This document shows, piece after piece, positions 58,334 through 64,000 of a stretch of DNA of 64,000 bases. A model generated the notes under the pieces. That model had not been told where the DNA came from, did not search any database, and saw only the letters and a list, made by a program, of their open reading frames with translations. The stretch comes from Podarcis erhardii (taxonomy: Eukaryota). Numbering within the stretch: position 1 is the first letter of the stretch; the number at the start of each line of letters is the position of its first letter. The stretch lies in NCBI GenBank assembly GCA_964252035.1, contig OZ176203.1, one strand, 5' to 3'. The translations under genes were made by a program, and so were the position numbers.

Positions 58334-60115
58334 TATCAGTTATTGACTTACTAAAAGAGGTGTGGGTGTGGGTGTGGGTGTGGGTGTGAGAGAGAGAGAT
58401 TTCAGCATGCATTTTTTTTTTAGATTAGCTAGAAATAAAGTGGGTAGCCTTTCATTTCATCAGGTCAAAATCTTGTAATTAATAAAAATAAAACTTAATT
58501 GTTCAACACATTCTACATAAATGTTTCAGTCATCCCTACAACAAATTGAGAAGGTAGGCCAATATTATTATCCACATATTGTAGCCTGGTATAATTTTCA
58601 TCAGTTTTGTGACACCACAGAATCTTCTCCCTGGTGCCTATACAATTAACTTGGAGATATTGGGTTTCCCAGACTTTTTAAAGCTGCTGATGTGGTTCTA
58701 TCTCTATTGGATCACTTCTTCTAATGTTGCCTTTAATTGCTATTTTATTGCTATGTTTTTTAATTGCTGATGGGACTGTTCTGTACTTTTGTTTTGGAAG
58801 CCACCCTGCACATCTTTAATTGAAGGATGGCATGGCAATCTTTTTAAATAAACTAATACAGTAGTCATAATTGTTGAAAATAAGTAAATTGGTTGCTATG
58901 TGCCGTCAGGCTCATCCCTATTTAGCCTGGATCATGCTGCCAGGAAGATGCAGTTATAAAAGGATGGTGCCAAAGCAGCAATCAACCATCACATCATAGA
59001 CAGTAAGAAAGTGAATGTGCAGGAACAAATCTACTGCTTTTGCACTTGAAATATGAGTGAACATTTGGCACAAGTCTTATTGAGACATGGTGGCTTGCAA
59101 AGGCCATCTAATGTATTCATGGTCAAGATTTGGAGAACGACCTCCTCAATAACCACCCCAGTATCTTTTTCGCTAAACTACACTGGTTTATTCCATAACT
59201 CGGTTGGAAGGACATTGTGGGATTTCTAAATGACAAATACAGAGAGATTAAATCATAATTCACTCTAGTTTCAAGATGAATAAGGCTGCAATCCTATGTG
59301 TACTTACTTGAGAGTAAGCCACAGTGAACATAGACGTACTTCTGAATAAAAAAACCCAATACTACACAGTTAGATCTCTAAAAGTATGCCAAATAATTTC
59401 CAAGCCTGATTTATTTTAATGTTATTTGAAGTCAGATGTTGAACTGCTGACTAGACACTCAATAGATTTTAGTCAGTCAAACAAGAAAGCCCATCAAACT
59501 TAATTATTAATCACATGGGATGCTACTATCTCTAATTTTACATTGTGGAACACATCCTAAGAAGAAAATTTATGGCTGAAAAAGTGGTAGTGGAAGAGGA
59601 AGAATGAGGCATTTCATCAAAGTAATCTGGATCACGAAAAGCAAAAATGCCTCATTAATTCAGGACATCATTCTCCTGAAGATATTTGTTCTGAAATTAA
59701 TTGAGTGGCAATTAAATTAACCTTCAGCAAATCAATAAAACTTGTAGCCCTAGAAAGATAAAATCTGACTGTTAAGTTTAAACAAAGCTGATGGGATGTT
59801 GGGGTGGGGTGGGGAGCAGAAATGATATAAAATGACCACTTAATACATCCACCTCTTTGTACAGCTCACAATAATTCACAAATGCTTTTAATTCCTTTTG
59901 ATCTGGACACAGAGTTGGTAGAAGAATTTGCTAGGCTTTAGCAGATGAAAACTGCAATCCTATAGACACCCATTAGGAAGTACTACCCAATTCATGCAGT
60001 GGGACTTAAGCCTTGCCCACCCTTCTGCTTGCCCCATGCCTAGAAAGCACGGCTCTAAGAGGTTTTGCTTTGCTCTGCCACTTTCCCTCAGAAAACCAGC
60101 AGTTTAGCAATATAT

Positions 60116-60206
60116 GTTTAATAGGTTATTGTATTTTAGTGTTTTGTTGGAAGCCGCCCAGAGTGGCTGGGGGGACCCAGCCAGATGGGCGGGGTATAAA
60201 TAATAA

Positions 60207-60258
<52 letters not shown>
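60116..60258 (+). mobile_element. L2 extreme 3' end with long (TTA)n tail
   Basis: Nearly the same terminus as 51060-51170. Confidence 0.85.
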
Positions 60259-62139
60259 TGGAACAAACAGCAATCCACACCAAACCCCATTGCCATGTGC
60301 TATGATGCAGCAATAAACCGTGAGTTGTCCCAGGGGAAAGCCCTAACCACAGTGTAGAAATGCTGAAGATTGTGCTTTAATGATACAGAAGTGTGCATAT
60401 CCCAAATCTACACAAGCATCAGAGGATTTTGATCAATTTCCAAAATATACCAAATGAAATATAAGTGTCCCATCAGGATGTTTGCTTTATTCACAGTATG
60501 ATTAGCGTGTTTTCTTTTTACATTCCTATTTATTGTTATTCTTTCCTTATTCCTTCCAGTGTACATCAAACCATGTGTATACGTGACTGATTTTGATGAA
60601 GCAGGAGGTTTCCTATTAATGCTCATATTTAATAGTTTCAGGGCTGCTTCTCAAGATAGGACCATCCTGCAGAGGCTCCTTCAAATTTCCCCTGCATTGA
60701 GATAGCCCAGCCTAGCTCTTCTCCAAGTTAGTCTGTGACGACAAATTTCCAATTATCTTATTTGTCTCATCATCACACAGGCCAGCGTTTCCATGGTGAT
60801 TTCATAAGGGAAATACTCCAGATGTAACAAATTATAAGCACGGAGGCCGGCAGAGGAGATGCTGGCACTCACCAGATAGTGGTTTTTGTGTGCACAGTGT
60901 GATTAATGTTCACTAATGTTCTGTGGTTCTGCAACAGGATGTGACCTCACTAATAGCTAGGGACTCTAAAACTGTCACAGATACACTTTCACTCTATTGC
61001 AAACAACTATATCATGATTGTGTGATATTAAGCCTGTTTTGGACTGCTTTTTTATAATGTTTGCTTTAAAATCTCTTAACCCCTACTATGGGGTTCATGC
61101 TGTTGAGGTACACTTTGTGAAGATTTGCTTCACTGCTAAATCACATTTGTTCTATGGCTGCAGAGATTACCCTTGATACACCATTTAACCTATGGAATAT
61201 TTGTGCAGCCTCCAGCTATTAGTGTTCATTTAACATCTGGCTATTTGTAGAGGGCAATGATACACCTTGCACGTCTGATAGTATCTTCATCACTCTCCTG
61301 ATCACCTCAACTGGGTCCCCGAGATCTAAGAAGGTAGGAAGAGAGCAGCATCTGATCCTTAATTTCACTCTTCAGCTCATGACTCTCTGTGGTTCAGAGA
61401 GATCTTAAGAGGTGCTTATTGCAATGCTTCTTCCTCTTCCTCCTCCTGTGTCCTATAGGCAGCTACCCAAGCTTCACCCATGTCCTGTTCCTTGTCCCAT
61501 ATTTATACTTGTGAGTAGCCTCTTCCACATGAGCAGACCATAGACTCTGCTCCCTTTCAGAGGAGACTTTCAGGCCTCCACGCTGGTAGCATCAGTCTGC
61601 CAGAATCGGTTTCCAAGACATGAGGGGTGTTGAGGGATTCACATGAACATGCAAATTTTCCAAGTGTGGATAGAGATAAGCCCTTGCTTTCAACATTCTC
61701 ATATGTGTCACACACAAACACCAGTCCCAGACTTTCCCCAAGATAAAGCAGGAGTCCCTGTCTGCATGAGGTGTTCTACTTTCATTCAAGCAAATGGAGT
61801 AAAAGACTCCTGTAGATCTTTTCCACTTAACACAAGAAACGTCAAGGACTGAGTGCACAGGGCAATGTACATAGGGATGTTGGAAATGGTGCATCCTTCC
61901 TTCCACCCACTGCTAGTGTCTGCTTGTTCAGGCAAACATCTGCACAAAACTATAGTTACCTATGACTTCCACAGCTGTTCATCTGCTTCTCCTGAGCTTC
62001 ACCACCCATCTCTTTTGTCCTCCCCACCCCCAGCATGGGCCCGAGTGATTCATCCACCCAAGGGCCTTCATAAAGCATAGTTTCTTTCATTATCCACAGT
62101 ATTATTATTAGCTGCACCACGATCGCTGACAGGAGTGAG

Positions 62140-62330
62140 GCCTTGTCAGCATCTAACACCTGTGCTCAGAGCTCTGTACTGGTTGCCAATTTGCTACCTT
62201 GCCAGGCTTAAAGTGTTACTATTGGCATATAAAGCTCTTCACAACTTCACAGTTTACCTACTAGATCACATTACTCCACATGTGCCTATTCAACCACTTC
62301 AATGGGCAGAATTGGCAGTACTACAGGTGC
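62140..62330 (+). mobile_element. Old L2 ORF2 fragment
   Basis: HLTPVLRALYWLPICYLARLKVLLLAYKAL resembles the L2 motif HITPVLxxLHWLP. Confidence 0.7.
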
Positions 62331-64000
62331 CACATAATACCCATTCCACATATACATGAACTTGATTGTTTAGTTTGTTGGCACCTACACTTTCAAACTC
62401 CCTGCCTTTTTAGATCAAGCAGGCAACCAAGCCAACAGTTTAAAAATAAACAGGGAGATGATAAAGCCTAATGCAGACAAAAAAAATTGGGCCATACTTC
62501 TCACATGTGGCAGTCTTCTTCACAGCTCTTACCTGTGTATTCTCTCTCATTCTCTTCCCCTAACTGACCTAACAGAATTTGAAGTAGTGATTCATCATGT
62601 GTGTGTCTATGTTTGTTCATTGTTTCCTATTTGGGAACATTTAAGTCTGCTGACTAGACATTTGTCATTAGGAGAGAGTGGTTCAGGTTCAAATTTCTTG
62701 TCACTAAAACTGTCTGAGTAAGCAGGACAGTTATGGGTTTTCAAGGAAAGACAAATCAGCAATTTCCTCCCCACCCAGGTCAAAGAAGTAGCGTCTTCAT
62801 ATTTCATGAGTAATTAGGCAGAACTGCACACAAGATGAGACTCTGGGACAATGGATTCTCATTTGTCAAGTGCATTTCAATGTGGTTGTTTCTGAGAGAT
62901 TTGGCAGTGTACTATACACTAAGGCAGAGACAACATTTTCAAAGGGCTTTGTTTGGTTTCGAAACCCAACAAAATACGTTTCAGCTCAGGCAACACTAAA
63001 TCCATTTCTGAAAATGAAACAAGAGCTCTACCTTGATGGTGAGAGTTAAGAATATTTAGAATGTTGTTGCTGTTCTATTGAGTGGTGACAGTGATAACAA
63101 AATAGAGAAATGTGCCTTGTTTGGACCCAATCCATGGACATCACAAAGGTTTCTGGAACAGAAATGGAAAGGGCTATCTGAAAAGCCACAGTTACAGCAA
63201 ACCGAACACTTATGTCCTTCTCAATTAAGAAGCAAAATCACAGTACTCCTTACATAATCATGCATATTTGACTCCCATAGCAACTTACGATATTTTAATA
63301 CATTTAATCACTGTGCCTTTCATGTGTTGGCTCCCCACCCCCACCCCACCCCATGTTGGCACTACTGAGTATTTGAAAAGTTGGTATATGTTTGGGTAGT
63401 CCCTTCTATGCATATGAGAGCTTTTGTGCATTTGATAGTGGTTATATGTTGATGGAAATATTGTTCAATTGTGTCTGCTCAAGAGTTAGAGCTTCCCAAA
63501 GTAGTCAAATGTAAATATAGAAATATAGAAATACTTTATTGTCACTGTAGCACTTGTTTACAGTGAGATTAAATGAGTGCCCCTCCCCCCAATCTCTGTC
63601 CTCAGTCCAGTTTTATTTTATTGTTCACACTGTTATATGCCTATGCCTTTTCTTTTCTCAGGCTATTCGGATTCCATTTCAAATGAGGGGTATGCACTGA
63701 AGACAAGATTAGGCTTAGATTTCAGTATTTCAGAAAAAGGATCAGTTTAGCTTGGAATACTTTGGATGACAACCACTCAGATTCAGGCCTAAATCAGAAC
63801 TTTGCTTCAGAAAATCCAAGGCATAATATCCTCCCATTGATTTACAAGAGTAAAGTAATAGCTATACTGTCCTATGTTTTGCATAAATAGATGAAATGTG
63901 CAAGCATAGTGTGCAAGTAGTTTTTAAACTTTGAACTGTTGTTTTTTTAAAAAAGAATCTGCCTAGATTATTAGGCAGAATTTGGATGAATTTTATAGAT

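Noticed and set aside
61459-61510. 52-nt plus-strand exon-like segment, and an acceptor at 63660
   Set aside because: Good splice signals but no consistent reading frame or recognisable product links them.

Overview
Vertebrate genomic DNA, almost certainly from a lacertid lizard (Sauria SINE, CR1 with (TTCTATGA)n tail, squamate L2 3' ends, Tc1/mariner and hAT MITEs). No host gene can be named; only weak candidate exons were found. Four retroelements dominate. (1) A full-length, ORF-intact L1-clade LINE (5914-12051, minus, 18-bp TSD). (2) A 1.66-kb ORF-less element with L1-like ends and its own 13-bp TSD (18001-19658, minus). (3) A 5'-truncated L1 of another family (27578-38298, plus, ~19-21-bp TSD). 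(4) Inside that L1, a very young class I (gamma-like) provirus on the minus strand (28660-37618): LTRs differ at 1 of 541 shared positions, PBS is tRNA-Gly(UCC), and env is intact and ERV3/HERV-E-like. The provirus has two candidate accessory ORFs (128 aa between pol and env; 100 aa in U3), a twin-hydrophobic Env leader and a CX9CC TM motif. It also shows an apparent loss of the gag start codon, a deletion plus frameshift in pol, and an aberrant palindromic 5' end. The full-length L1 and the short element share a splice donor ~325 nt from their 5' ends, which suggests a 5'UTR intron. They also share a 3'UTR motif complementary to their 5'-terminal motif. All homology calls come from motif recognition by eye; no database search was run.
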